Under the pieces are notes generated by a model. The model ran no database searches. It was not told the origin of the DNA and saw only the letters and a list, made by a program, of their open reading frames with translations. 64,000 bases of DNA from Callorhinchus milii (taxonomy: Eukaryota), in contig NW_024704743.1 in the NCBI RefSeq assembly GCF_018977255.1, forward strand, positions 90,150,001 to 90,214,000. The letters are read 5' to 3'. A program made the position numbers and the translations under genes. Shown piece after piece: positions 38,759-52,110 of the stretch. Positions within the stretch are counted from its first letter, which is position 1; the number at the start of each line of letters is the position of its first letter.

Positions 38759-39389
38759 ATGTGTCACTCTGCTTCATTTGACAAGAGTTATGAGTTTGTC
38801 CCCATGCACTTATAAAATAGCTGCAATGCAATATTATCTATTATTTCACCTGCAAATCCATTGAAATTGCATTAGGTATTTATATAAGCACAGAGGGAAA
38901 CATTTGCAAAACAGACCAATGGAACAAAATAGAAAAACAGAACCAGCCTTACTGATTTGCTGTAAGGAGCAAAAGGAGCAGGATAAGCCACTACCCCTCT
39001 CTCCCAGTGTTGCGATGAGTTTTAATTTATTACATTGAAATCACCCTTTAATGAATGAAATTGAGATGGGGAAAGAGACTAATCTTGAAATGGGGGTAAA
39101 TTAGATTGACAGCTAGAAATCTGCTTGATATTTGCTTGTGCAAGTCTTTTTCTCCAAAATTTTAACGGTACTTCTCATCCAGCATTGTGTTCCCTTCAGA
39201 AGTGATACACTGGTCTGAATCAATGCAGAGTTAGTCTTTGGAACAGCTTGTTTGATTTTCTTCCATCACACACCCAGATAGGCAATACAAGGATAGCTCC
39301 ATCTACATTTATTCTTTCCAGCTTTCTCCACTGAATTCTTCTCCTGAATGGAGGTTCAAAATTGACTGGTGCTTTTGTCTGCTAGAAAT

Positions 39390-39530
39390 AATAGTTATTC
39401 TTCCATTTGATATAACGCCTTATCATGTCTTCGAGACGTCTCAAAGCGCTTCACAGAATAAATTGTAAAGTGAATTGACTGTATATTTTGTGAGCGAAAT
39501 ACGGCAATTAATTAATTAAGCGCACAGCAA
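39390..39530 (-). mobile_element. SINE 3' fragment
   Basis: catttgatataacgccttatcatgtc...gagacgtctcaaagcgcttcacagaa. Confidence 0.75.
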
Positions 39531-40098
39531 TTAATACACAGTCACTATACTTTAAGACATTTCCTGTGAAGCGATCTGAGAAATGTTGATGACATGCTCG
39601 AATGCAATACTGTTGGTACATATCTTTTTGTTCCATCTTTAAAATGGATTTCCCATTGTAAAGACACACCAAAATATTGCTATTTTATACGTTTTGTATG
39701 ACATGCCTCATTGTAACAATTCAGTAAGACATCAGGTTAGGGATTACAATACATGAATACCAAATTAAAGTACAGACCTCAATATGAAAAGCTCCCTTCC
39801 ATCGAGTGGAAGACATCAAAATGCAGACACAAAATACAAATTTTATCTGATTCTTGCTTTACTTTTACGCTTCCCCTTGATCCACACCAGACAGCCTTTG
39901 TGAAACGTTAACTTTGCACAAAAACCCACCTAAAAGTAACTGCATGTCTTTAAATGAGGTTTTACTCTCAGAGTGTGGGGTGAGGAGAGAGGGGGGGAAA
40001 GAAAGAACTACTAACTTGGTCCACGAGTGGGTTTACCACTGGAAAATGCACCAGTGATACACATGGGTCTTCTGATAGCTTGAATGTAAATAGCATAC

Positions 40099-40433
40099 CT
40101 GTCTGTGGATGTCTCACTGACAGCCTGCATTGAATGCTGCTTCAGCCCTGAACCATTTTTGATCGACTCTTGCCGAGTGAGCCCTTGAGGTCTGTTTTTG
40201 TCTGACGCTGGTGCGGAAATGTCCCCTGAGGGTAAAGGACCTTGGAATTGGGAATGCTCCTGTAGCTTTGCTTTCTTTTCCTGTGGCGCCTCTTCGTTTC
40301 TGTGTGCTGCTGTTCTCCCGGCCTCGCTCGGCTCAAGCTGCTGTGGAGTGTTGGAGCTGCCGCTGTAGAACCAGGCTCCTGATTTAGTGAGGATTTCCTG
40401 CTGTTTTCGGCACAAGTTACATACCCACATCAC
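40099..40433 (-). CDS. RIMS2: RIMS2 internal coding exon: C-terminal half of the N-terminal zinc finger (VMWVCNLCRKQQEILTKSGAWFY...) plus linker
   Basis: Translation VMWVCNLCRKQQEILTKSGAWFYSG...EEAPQEKKAKLQE...GLTRQESIKNGSG matches RIM-family zinc finger/SGAWF motif and RIM2 linker. Acceptor tgctcag|GTG at 40433, donor GACAG|gtatgc at 40099. 335 nt, phase 0 to phase 2. Confidence 0.96.
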
Positions 40434-43400
40434 CTGAGCACAGGTTAAACAAGAAAAGTAGGTTATTCCCAGCCTGGCAAATAGAGACAATTTTAAGAAT
40501 ATCAATCTGTTTAACTGTTTTTCACACTCGTACTTTAAATTCCTAAACATTCGGGACAATAAGTAATTTCAAATCTGGGAGCAAAGACAGTATAATGCTA
40601 AAATAGAAATTATACATGCATTTTTTTAAAAGAAAAAAAGGAAATATAAGCAACGTAAAGATGCCAAAGTAAAATTGTTCTAGAATTGAACAGCAGTAAT
40701 ATTTTGTTCTAATTTTTCGACCCCCTCACTCTTATCCTACTTTTACAACTTTCTCTTTCAATTTGGGGACTGTGTGGAGTATCTCTTCACAGCACCACCA
40801 ATATGACTCCATAAGGGCTTGTGGAGAAGCTTGCCTGGTGCAGCAGGACAAGATCCAAACCCCAACCAACATTCTCATTCCTTCCTAGCCATGGACAAAA
40901 TATACAGTTAATTCACTTTACAGAATATTCTGTGAAATGCTTTGAGGCTTCTTGATGACATGATAAGGCATTATATCAAATGCAAGGATTATTATCATAG
41001 AAGACTTCATCCAGCAATGTAACCAAGAACTGAGAGAACTCACCCAAGTCGGAAAATCAGCTGAGGCTAGGATTCAAACCAAATTCCCAGCTTTGCAGTC
41101 TTATCATGTGAAGTACTGATCCATCCCTACAGTGCACACTTTAACCGCTAAGGCTGCTCAATACAATCTATGCATCGTCAGTAAAGTTCTGCATGTTGAC
41201 CATCGTCTTAGGCCACAAAAGGATTGGGAGTTTGGAGCTTTGCCACAAAAGATTTATTCTACACAAATGTGCAGTCAAAATATAGGCTGTATATTTGACA
41301 ATGAGCCAAGTCTAATCACAAACAAACATTCAGAAAATGCAGTAGAATATGGCTACATTTCTCCTACACCCAGGACTAAACACCAGTGTGATGTCCCTCA
41401 AGTGGACCTTCATTACTGGATTTTGTAGTTTATTTTAAAACTAAAAAATCGAATACCTCAAAATAAATTATTGTAGAACAGATATTTCCATTACAGGAAT
41501 GTTAGAAACATCATTGCTGATTACCAGCTGTATGTTATTTTTGTACCTTGCATGAAAGCTGACAAAGACACAAAACAAATTCTGTCAGCCCTAGAGACAC
41601 ACTTTGAATCTCAGGTTAAACCTCAATGGCATTTATTTTCACTGGGGAGATTATGGTCCTTGTGGTATTTGTAGTTTAAAGGCCTCCTTACTCCCTAGAT
41701 TCGAGAACAGGAAAACAATGTGGAATATTCTGAAAATTAGCCCGAGTTTTTTTTAACTGCTGAATGACACTCCTGGGATGCCGCCTTGATAGCAGTGGTA
41801 TTTGTACCAAGATGCTAAAGATCTGGAGTATAGGATGCAGATTACTCATGCACCATCCATGTTTAAATGCACGGAGATGTTCCCAACTATACAATTTATC
41901 AACAGAAGGAATTCCAAAATCACCTTTGTTTGGACCCTGATGTTGCAACCTTTAATAAATACAATGTGGTGCCATCTTCAGGTCTGAATTGCTACTGTCC
42001 CTGACCATGCTGCAGGAAAGTGGCATTAAAATCTGGTTAGCACAGATTAAGGTAGTGCAGCAAATAGAACAAAGTATTAGTGCAGTGCCACCGAAACAGC
42101 ATTACCACTATAGTGCAATTTAGTGTCAACATTATTTAGCTCATTTCTTATCATTTCTGAGCCAGGTTGCCCAAATAAAAATGAAGATACTCTTCCCCAG
42201 GCATTCCACACATATGTTGTAACTAGCAGTTTTGTTAAAAATACAGCTAATTTCTTATTGCTGTGGATGCAAGAAACAGATCCAAATTGTGTTTGTTTGG
42301 CTCCCTCTAGTGGTCAATGGTGAGCACTGTAAATAGAATTAATAAACAGAATTGTATGAGATAAATAAATACAGGTGAGGCTGAGTTCTGGCATTATTTA
42401 AGAGCAGTTAACACAATTAATGAGAATGAGAATTAATGTCAACCCACACGCAGTTCAGACAATTAATGAGAAGTTAAAGAGTCCGGGGGTTCAGGCACCA
42501 AACAGCATTTTGTCTTTTTCTTAACCTGTCTATCATCTACGCGTCTTAAAGCAGTGTGCGAAAACAAAGTGAAGGAAAGTGCAGGAACAAGTAAGGGAAA
42601 CTAGAAAGGCTTTGACGTGAATCCACGCAAATAAACTGAGATGTTATTCGCCCGAGGCAGAAACATCAACTGTAATGCATCAATCAACCAAAGCAGTGCA
42701 TGTAAACTGAAGGTCCTGGAATAAAATAGAAGGCCACATGCAATCCTATTTTATTCAATTCTTAAAAATGTTAACGATCACATTTCAGTAAAAGGATGGA
42801 AGTAATTCAACTGCAGGGCAAATTACCGTCTGGGTATAATAAGACGCTTCACCAATGAGTTAGCAGGAATGTGACTTAGATGAGCTGGTACTTGGGAGCA
42901 TACGGTAAACATAGCTCAACAGTTTCATATCCCAGAGTCACATTCTGCTAATGTATAACACGATGAGGAGGGGGAAAGCTGGGGAAATTCTTACACCCTG
43001 AGCATCAGCGCATTTACTGGGGGGAAATGTAATCCATTCTTTAATTGAGGAACTGTTTTTCAAGTGGGCAGAAAATGCACTTAAAACCTAGAACAATAGA
43101 AATGTACAGGAAGCAACCATTTGCCTGATCGTGCCTGTGCTGGCTCTCTGAAAGAACTATCTGCTGAGTTCCATTCGCCTGTCTTTTCGCCAAACCCTCT
43201 TATATTTCTCCTTTTGGGGTCACAAGATTACAAGATCGGTTTGCGTGAGGAAGGCCCTTCAGCCCATTTGATCTCATCCTTTATCAAAATCCTCTTAAAG
43301 CTAATATGGATTCTCCCTCGACTGTCGTTTCAGGTCCTTGTGTAAAAAAAATTTCTTCATTACATTATGTTTCATTATTTTAGAAGTCTCCATGAGATCT

Positions 43401-44649
43401 CCTGACCTTCTATCATTGACCTTATTGATCGGTTAGATCCTGTCCACTTCTGGGCAAAGTTTCTCCTGCACGATTTTCACTTCTCAGGATTCCTGAGCAC
43501 AGTGGGTTTTTAAAGTTAGCGAAGGGCCCATGACCTTTATTCCTAGCTGCATGTTAAATTGGCTTCTCAACCTTTAATCTTATTTTAAAATGGTCTCTAC
43601 TGAAGGAGCAATCAGTCCTGCAATAACCACCTTTGGGATCTTTGGTCACTTCTAAAAAAAAATTGCAACTTTTATTTTAAACAAGCAAAGATCACAAAGG
43701 TGTTTATTTTCGGCTGCAGGGTGGAAATGTAATGCTTCTTCACCAGATACCGTCTTAGCATTAAGGAATCTTGTTAGTTAAGGAGCAGGATATATTGTGG
43801 AGTTTCGCATTTTCCCCCATTTATTTTTTGGTGCTGACATTAATTATTAAAGAGCATTGCTACCAATCAGATAAAAGAGTGAAAGCAGAATAAAAATCAC
43901 TCCATGAACTTCACAGCGTATGTTATTAAAAAATAGCGTTAACACCCTGGAGTGTAATTCTGAGGTTGCAATCTCATCTCAAGGTTTAGATGGCTGTTTT
44001 ATATTTATGAAAGGTGTAAAGCTCCCGATGGTAAAGCTCCCAGCGCCTTGGGATGTCCTCCCGACGTGAAAGGTGCTTTACAAATGTAATTTTGTTGTTT
44101 GTTGTTGTTGTATGACAATGTGCTTCACTCACATCCAGGTATTATTATTCAATCCAACATCAAATACTTTTTCTCCATGTCTATCTTACAACTCTCTTCA
44201 TTGTTGGGTAATGTTGCAACGTATAGACAAGGTATAAATCCAAATACCTGAACAATAATTAACAACCTCCAAAGAGATTCGCATAGAAAAACTCTAATTT
44301 TAACTTAAATTTAAATACAAATTAAAGCATAAAGCAGGTCATATCTGAAAGTATCTCAAATTATTGAAGCATTTGAAGAGATAAAGATACACTTCACCTA
44401 ATCAATGGCCTGCTAGTGCAGCTCTAGGCCAGCCAGACCAAAGGTTGCTGGTGAGATTCCTTATCTGTGTTCCATTTATTGATCTCAGGTTGGGCAGCAG
44501 AGATACCTACAATCCTTTCCAAAGTTCCTGGCTTCATGGGAAAGAAAAATCAGCCAACGTTCTAGGTCCTGATGACTGATCTCCTTCTGGGTGCACGTGC
44601 ACTTTAATTGATGGTACGATCAGGCTTGACCTTGAACACACATTGCGCA

Positions 44650-44870
44650 AGATCACAAGAACGGTTCAAATGAAGAAAGCCCATTTAATCTCGTCCCTGC
44701 AGAATATCCACTTTACCCATCACAGCATCAAGCTATATATTTTTTAAATGAGTCCAGTGTCCTGGCCTCGACCACCATTCGTGGCAACCTGTTCCAATGA
44801 TTATTGATCCTCTGGCTAAAGATAAACCTCTTGGTGTCTGTCCTGAAATTTTTCTTTGCAACTCTACTGT
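44650..44870 (-). mobile_element. CR1 3' fragment
   Basis: FSQRINNHWNRLPRMVVEARTLDSFKK is the canonical CR1 ORF2 C-terminus. Confidence 0.75.
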
Positions 44871-47044
44871 ATTGCTGCATCCTAAAGCATTGTACAGGGT
44901 TTACATTTTCATTAACAATGTATTGATCTGTATTTATGTGGCATCTTTGACACAAGTTAACGTATCGGAGGGTTTATCAAGATGGCGTGGAAATCCAAGC
45001 AAGCTGTGAAATGGGCAAAGGAGGGGACAAGGAAAGGCAAAGGAGAAATTGACCCAAGCAGAGGGTTTTGGTATAGGTCTGAAGGAGAATACAAGAGATT
45101 TGAGGAGAGTTCCGGAGAACCAGTGGAGCCTTGTAATCAAGGGATTAAAGGAGAGCAGAGGATCAAATAAAATGCCTAGATTGTGCACTGGGTGCTTGAG
45201 CTAGCGTGACTAGGTGAAAAGGTTAGATCAGAAATTAAGGTTGGGCCAGAAATTAAGAGGCACCAGTGGAAGCCAAGCAAAATGGCTTTGGTTTTATTGA
45301 CATTCACGAATACTAAACAGGCCTGTGGAACAAAAGAGGCTGCCCAGTGAACTGGAGAGAACAGTCATTCACAATGAAGGACCTCACACATACAGTGTAA
45401 TAGAAGGAGAACCTCCAGTGCCAAGCCACGTCCCTCATGATTTTGCAAACAGCTGTAGGTATAAAGGCTTTGCTGAATGAAGTAAGTTGTCCTTATTCAA
45501 AAAGGTAATTATTCTTTCCAGGTAGGTTGGAACGATTTACTTTGAATTCCTTGCCTTTAACACTTTTAATACTTGACTCAATTCAAACAGGAAAATTCAT
45601 ATGAAAACTCTTCTCTTCACTGGGGTCCTATTTTCTGTTGATGTGATCTTTTCGCTATGCCTTAATGGTGCGATTTCTGTTATAAAACACCTAATTTTAA
45701 CAATTAGTGTAACATAGCTACTGGAAGCTGATCGGCATGGGAAGAGACAAATGGGAATAAAGAATTGCCCAGAATGAAGTGTTTTTGGGGGCATTCGATA
45801 GCGCACGTTAACCTTTCCTTTTGCTTTCTTTTTCCTCCCCATATTGTGCAGGTGTCAAAACCAAAGTAGCAACCAAAGGGCAATAAAGCACAAGAATCGC
45901 AGTCAACCCTGCCGACACAGCAGGGTCCCACTGCAAAACCAATTTCACCCACAAGGTGCAACACTGGCCTTCAGAAATACAGTTGACAAGCAAAGCGAAG
46001 AAGTGCACTCAGCACTCTAGGCTAAGAAATATGAAAACAGCAGACTTGAATAAAATGATGCTAACTGTTCACACAATAGATATCTGGTGCCGCAGCTGTC
46101 TGAGTCAGTAGTTAATGCTTAACCCCTCTAATGTCCTCGGTGTAAATAGATCTTATAATCTAAGCACAGATGCTATTTTCGGACTGTGGGGCGTTAAGGG
46201 AATATAGATGGTTCTATGCCGGTAATGATGTCAAACCATGAAAGGTATACATTCTGATGCACTAAGACAGGCTATAGTACACTTTCAAATCAAATGCACT
46301 ATTAATGATGTGAATGTAGTGCCTATCGAAGTGGAAATGAGGCACTTGACCTAAGTAACTAAATGTGACATCAGACACTGGTGACATTTAGAGATCAGAA
46401 AATCATGCAACTGTGGTTTGTGAAATTACACTTTTTATTCTTGTGGCACAGATTGTTCCACAGTGAAAAGATAGTTCAAACATTGTGTAGAAATTATATA
46501 TATTTGAAAATAATTGTTTAACAACAACTGTGGGGATAAAATTCCACTTGAGTCTAGATTTACTCTAATTATGTAGCATTTTTAAGTCCCCAGAATTTGG
46601 AAAATTATTAAATTCAGTGTTAACTGTAAAATCATTGTTTTCTAGTTCTTAAAGAAATATAAAGAAAACTGGTTTAAAAATCAGTTGCTGTAGTTTTGGA
46701 CTGTAACATAGCCTTATCCCTCTCACTGAGGATCAAAGAGAGCCGTAAGCAACGCGGGCTGTGCAGAATACCACGATGTAGTGCACCAGCAGTGCATGAA
46801 GTGCATTCATAACAAGGACTGCAGCTGTTCACAGAGATGGCCCCTCACCACCTCCTAAGGGCAATAAAGTTGAGCAATAAATGGTGCCAGCATCGGCGAC
46901 ATCCCGAGAAAAAGTTTAAATAAAGCCTAAAGGTCCATTCGATAGATCACCTAGAGATGGTTACAAAGGGGATAATGTAAACCCTGATTTACACTTCAGC
47001 TGATAGCATAGATTCCACTCCGAAACCAGCTCCAGAGGCATCCA

Positions 47045-47349
47045 CAGAGAGAGCTGGGAAAACTCAACAGGTCAGGCAGCATCTATGGAGAAAGGAAAGT
47101 AAGTCAATGTTTCAAGTCCACGACCCTTCATCAAATGCACTATTAATGATGTGAATGTAGTGCCTACCGGAGTGGAAATGAGGCACTTGACCTAAATGTG
47201 ATATCAGACATTGAGTTCTGACGAAGGGTCATGGACTCGAAACGTTGACTCACTTTCCTTACTCCATAGATGCTGGCTGACCTGCTAAGTTCTCCCGGCG
47301 TTCTCTGTTTGGTTTCAGATTTCCAGCATCTGCAGTATTTTGTGTTTTG
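47045..47349. mobile_element. Penelope-like (pLTR) inverted insertion with 14-bp TSD and captured host DNA
   Basis: TSD tccagaggcatcca at 47031-47044 and 47350-47363. About 47049-47133 is the diverged reverse complement of about 47219-47303. The spacer 47130-47210 copies 46289-46377. Confidence 0.75.
47212..47252 (+). ncRNA. Minimal type I hammerhead ribozyme motif (Penelope-type)
   Basis: Stem I tgagtt(47212-17)/gactca(47247-52); core CTGACGA 47218-24 plus one extra A; stem II gggtc/gactc with atg loop; GAAA 47239-42; loopless palindromic stem III (aacgtt) with GTT cleavage triplet 47244-46. Confidence 0.7.
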
Positions 47350-49029
47350 TCCAGAGGCATCCAGTTGATTTATACATTGCACTGAATCAGCATTGAAAGT
47401 GCAATATAAGCAGACTTTATCGGTTTAATTTAATTGTACACTACTTTGTTATATAGAGTGTGCAGTGAGCCTCATGTTAATTGAATACCCCCACCCCATC
47501 CCCTTACCAAGTAAAATGGTGTTTCAGTCATGTACAGTTACACCGTATGTGGGGGCTCAATCACAAAGCAGAAATTTGCTAAAGTAGTGCAGACACTACC
47601 TAAAATAAGTACATCCACTAGTCTTGTTCCCTCAATTTTTCTTTCATAGTTGTTGGGGTGTCCATTTGACAGAACATTGAACTTTGAACTAAGCATTGTT
47701 GGCATTATCAAAGAGCAGATCAAACAACTGAACTGGCTCTGTTGTTGCATTAAAACACTGATTCCCAGGGGATGACAAAATGTGGAGTATAACCAGGCCT
47801 CACGCTAAATACTCCACATTGCCTATGGGATCAAAGTCACTCCTCTGTTGGCAGTATAACCTCTGTTAAAGTACCCGAGGATCTATGGAGACTCCCATCT
47901 CTACCTGCTGACTACGTCAACACTTTGATATTAAACAATCACAGTTAATATTACATTAACAAAGATTCATTACTGTAAAATGAAGCATAGCATAGCATGA
48001 GAAAACACCATTTTAACTGAATAAAAAATATTTTTAAAGTGATTAGAACTTGTTTTTGATTCCATCCATCATCTTTTCTGCCCTATTCTTTCTCTGTCCC
48101 ATTTTATTTTTAACTGTTGCTTACCTCGTTTCTGCACACTCTAACCTTTCTCTCTGCCCATATAATCCATTACTTGTTTTTCCTCCCAATCACACCATCA
48201 ACCAAGGTAGGAGTCACTTTTAACAAAGTGATTTACTTTGGTTCAAAAGTAGCCCCAAAGCAGAGTTTTTGTGCCAATAAAAGAAAAAAAAGATTGATAA
48301 TTAATAGGGCTGCACCTCAATCTCTGAGATTCATATCGATAAAAGGAAATGGGAGCTATGAATAAGTGTGGAAACTTTTCCCACAAGTGAATCTGACATC
48401 AGCCCTCTAAGTGTTAAACGTACATTATAATTTAAGAACCAGCGTTAATAATACCCAAAGTATTTTCAATGTCTAGGCCTCCAGTTTCCCACTGAGATAG
48501 GTGTGTATACAAATTACTGACAGTCCAAATATTGTGCACCCTTCCATATTTGACTTGTTGAGCTGTTTCCATTGCATGCACCACCAACCCCCGCAGATTA
48601 CAGATTCTGAACCAAAATGAGTGGATCTGGAAGTTGTCCAGTATTTATTTGTGAAGACTGATCTGAATTTTTCTATACATAGTACTACTGTATGCAAAAA
48701 AGTAAACGTACAAAGCAGCACTCTACTGAAACTAGAGCATCAGTATAACTGGCCATTTTCCAGAATAAGATCAAATTTATACCGTTCATGAATAGCCCAA
48801 CTACCACAGAATACATTTTACAGTTAAATTTTTTAGGCAGCAAATGGTATTAAATTCAATAAACAGTGGATTAATGGCATTTTCAATTTTATGATAAACG
48901 AGGGAGTGGGGATGGGGAAATATTTAGTGATTCAACCGGTCATTGGCTTTGTAGTTTAACTGTACGATGATGTCTCGTGGGCAGTTTAATGGCTGATTGA
49001 CAAGATAACAGGATAGGGAAGACAAAGTA

Positions 49030-49440
49030 CTGGCTTGTCTCAGTGGGTAGCATTTTTATCTCTGGGTCAGAAAGGTTGAGCTCCAGTTTAGGGCACAAGC
49101 ACATAATCAGGGCTGAAACTCTTATGCAGCACTAATTGCTGGACTGCTAGAAATGCTGTTCTTCGGGTAATATGTTAAACTGAGGTCCCGTCTGCTTCTT
49201 CTTGTTAACCATGTGACTTTTATAGATCCCATAGCACTAGTACAAAGTAAAACAGGGAATTATCCTAGTATACTGGCTAATATTTCCCCCTCCTCTAAAA
49301 TGACCATAAACAAATTAAAAATGATCATTCAACTTATTTCTAGCACCGATTAGCTGCTGTGTTTGTTTTCGTAAAAAGAGTCACTGCAGTTCAAAGTAAC
49401 AGAATATCTGTGAAACAATTGAGGTGCTCCAAAGGCATCC
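49030..49440 (+). mobile_element. Degenerate older Deu-type SINE
   Basis: ctcagtgggtagc...tctgggtcagaa head, gttaaactgaggtcccgtctgc body. Confidence 0.6.
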
Positions 49441-50833
49441 AAAGCATTGAAGTCACAACCTGGATTCGCAAATACTGATTCCTGGCAGGAACATGTGCAT
49501 CGTGATGCTCTGTGGAAATTCCACTTAGATTGTGTTGTACAGATTCCTGTGGGTTGGCAGGACGCATATCTAGGTACTAGATTCCATGTCTATAAGAATC
49601 CTGCGCTGATCCAGGTTGCGGACACTGGGTTTCAGATCCCGATGTTATGCTGCATCAAATTTTTTAAACATTTTAACATCTGTAATTCAGTGGCAGCCTG
49701 GTCATGTGTAAAGCTCAGATTAGAAAAAAATTGACTTGTGACAAAAAGAATCAACTGGCAGCACCAAAGTATTAAGTTGCCATATTTTAAAAGGTTAACC
49801 TATAATTGAAGCTTAGCTCCAATACAGCAGAACAGTGAGAATAACTTTTGAATATGACGGTAAAATTATTTGTTATAAGGCAGAATATTTATGAATCATA
49901 TTTGCTTTATTCCATTTGGAAAAAAAACACATTGGATTATTAGTGCAAAGAGGATTTGTGACCTTATTGTAAAGCAGAAATATTGTGAAGTATATCAGAA
50001 CGCATGAACATCTTGCAAAAGTGGTGTGCAGAATATTTACAGTATTGGAACAGAACTCGAGCAGTGGATTTCAAGCATTGTGTGCATTCAGGAATCAAAG
50101 GCCCATCACAATCAAAGTGACGGGAGTTAAAATTCAAGGCTTTATTCAGCTTGATGGTTTATCAAGGCTAAAACCCATTGTGCATTTTCCCACGCAATAC
50201 AGCATTCACATTCAAAGTTGCTGAATTAACAAAAAGGAAACCAAGTCGTGCCTCAGTATAATGCTTTATTTCCTTTTATTTTTAGCTTCCCTATCTCACA
50301 GTGCATAAGCGACAGAAGATGAAATGTACCAGTGCATTGTGCTGTTAAGATTCCAGATAGATATTTTTCTCCCTTCCCCCTGCTGTAAATCTCCCCCTGG
50401 GTCATGCGCCAAAGCCCAATGAGATCAGGCACACACCCTGCTCCAAGCCAACAGTGCTGCTCAAGATCTGGCTGGTAGGTTTACAAGAGCTCTCTTGAGG
50501 GGACTCTCCCTCCACTTTTCCTTTCCTCCCTTACTATCTATGGAGGTGCATCTGTCCTCTGCTCACAGCATTCTCCCCACACAGCACATTCAAATTAAAG
50601 ATTTACCATATGACCAATTGCAAGTGTGAACATGCCACCTACGTAATGTATGGATATTTGTTGGAAGGCGAATCGGCTGCAGGCTTCACAGTTACTGTTC
50701 TTTCTGGCTTGCATTGCTCCCATCCTCCCCCACTAGCCGAGAAGCACTGAGGCAAATTGTAGCATCCCTCCTGCAGCCAAGGTAATTGAGCACAAACTGT
50801 GAATTGAATCTGTACAGTGGAATATACACCATG

Positions 50834-50980
50834 CAGTACTCTATAAATTGACACCGTACGCTATAAACTGGTACCAAACAGTACTCTATAAACTGGCACT
50901 ATACAGTACGCTATAAACTGGCACTATACAGTATGCTATAAACTGGCACTATATAGTACACTATAAACTGTCATTGTATA
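50834..50980. repeat. 25-bp minisatellite (cagtacgctataaactggcactata)
   Basis: About 6 tandem copies. Confidence 0.85.
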
Positions 50981-51399
50981 ATGGATTATAAACAAACTGA
51001 ACAACCTAAGAATAATGCTCCTCTTATACTGCATCGAGGGTCACAGAATTGGACACACTCAAAAGCAGTGTGAGAAGGAAGCCTACTGCTGCCCTGCCTA
51101 CTCATATATCTGTGAAGTTGGAGGCAAAACAGCTCACATGCATATTCAAATACATGTACAGAATGATGATCACTGATCTCACGACCCTATTCAGTCATTT
51201 TCAAAACTGGAATGGCATTTCAGTACGGAGCTTTACTTTTAGACTTTTTTTTGTGATCTTTACTTATGCTGCAGTTATTACACATAATTATTTGTACACG
51301 GCCAACTGTCTGTCAGACACCAAGTCTTGATTTCTTACAGATAAACATGAACAGAACTGAATCAACGTTGTTCTGATTTTGCCAGTGCCTTCTTGTCTG

Positions 51400-52110
51400 T
51401 AGCTCCAACTCAACCAACTCACTCAGGTTTAAGTAACCAGTGCACAATCTTGGCGTTCCACTTGACCCTCAGCTGTGCTTCAAACCCCACACATTTCTAA
51501 GTTTATATTTTACTATCTTCGAAACACTGTCACACCTATCTGTACCTCACCCTCTCTGCTGCTGAAATTGTAATTCATATCTTTTTCACCTTGAGAATAG
51601 CCTTCTCCACTGCTTTCCTTGCTCCTCTCTCTACAAGTTCCAACTCATCCAAAATTCTGAAGCCTCCATTTCTCCATACTATGTTCCACACATCCCTTAT
51701 CTCATCCTTGCGAGGCTCCCCAAATCTGCTGTACCCTAGCAGATCCATTTTAAGATTCTTGCCTCAACCTTTAGATCCCTTCATAGTCTTCTCACTACTG
51801 CAGTATTTTCCAAACATATTCTGCTGCCTATACCCTCTGCTCTTCTGATTCTGATCTACTTATCGTTTCCAGCTTACTCTGTCCTATCAATGGTGACATA
51901 GCCTTAAGATAGTATGCCTTTGCCCTTTGGAACTTTCTTCTAAAGTATCTTTGTCTCAATTAATTTCTCTCTGTCTTCAATTCCTCCTTTAAAAACATCT
52001 CTTTTTGACTGTGTGTGAATATCCTTAAATCTCCCTTACTTCTCTCTCTTCAATGCTCTCGTCATATCTGTTTTGCAGAAAGAGAAATTCATCTGATGTA
52101 AAAGGCACTT
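51400..52110 (+). mobile_element. Highly degenerate L2 fragment
   Basis: Pyrimidine-rich, with remnants of the L2 3' region (ccctttggaactttcttc). Confidence 0.5.

Noticed and set aside
40011..40559. 182-aa ORF as a standalone gene (likewise 12463-13473)
   Set aside because: The ORF ends extend into intron; only the splice-bounded parts are RIMS2 coding.
50161..50240. Acceptor-like tract tttcctttttgttaattcag on the minus strand; searched for an EDKV-type zinc-finger microexon
   Set aside because: No convincing donor or matching peptide follows, and I did not locate the microexon anywhere in 40434-64000 by eye.
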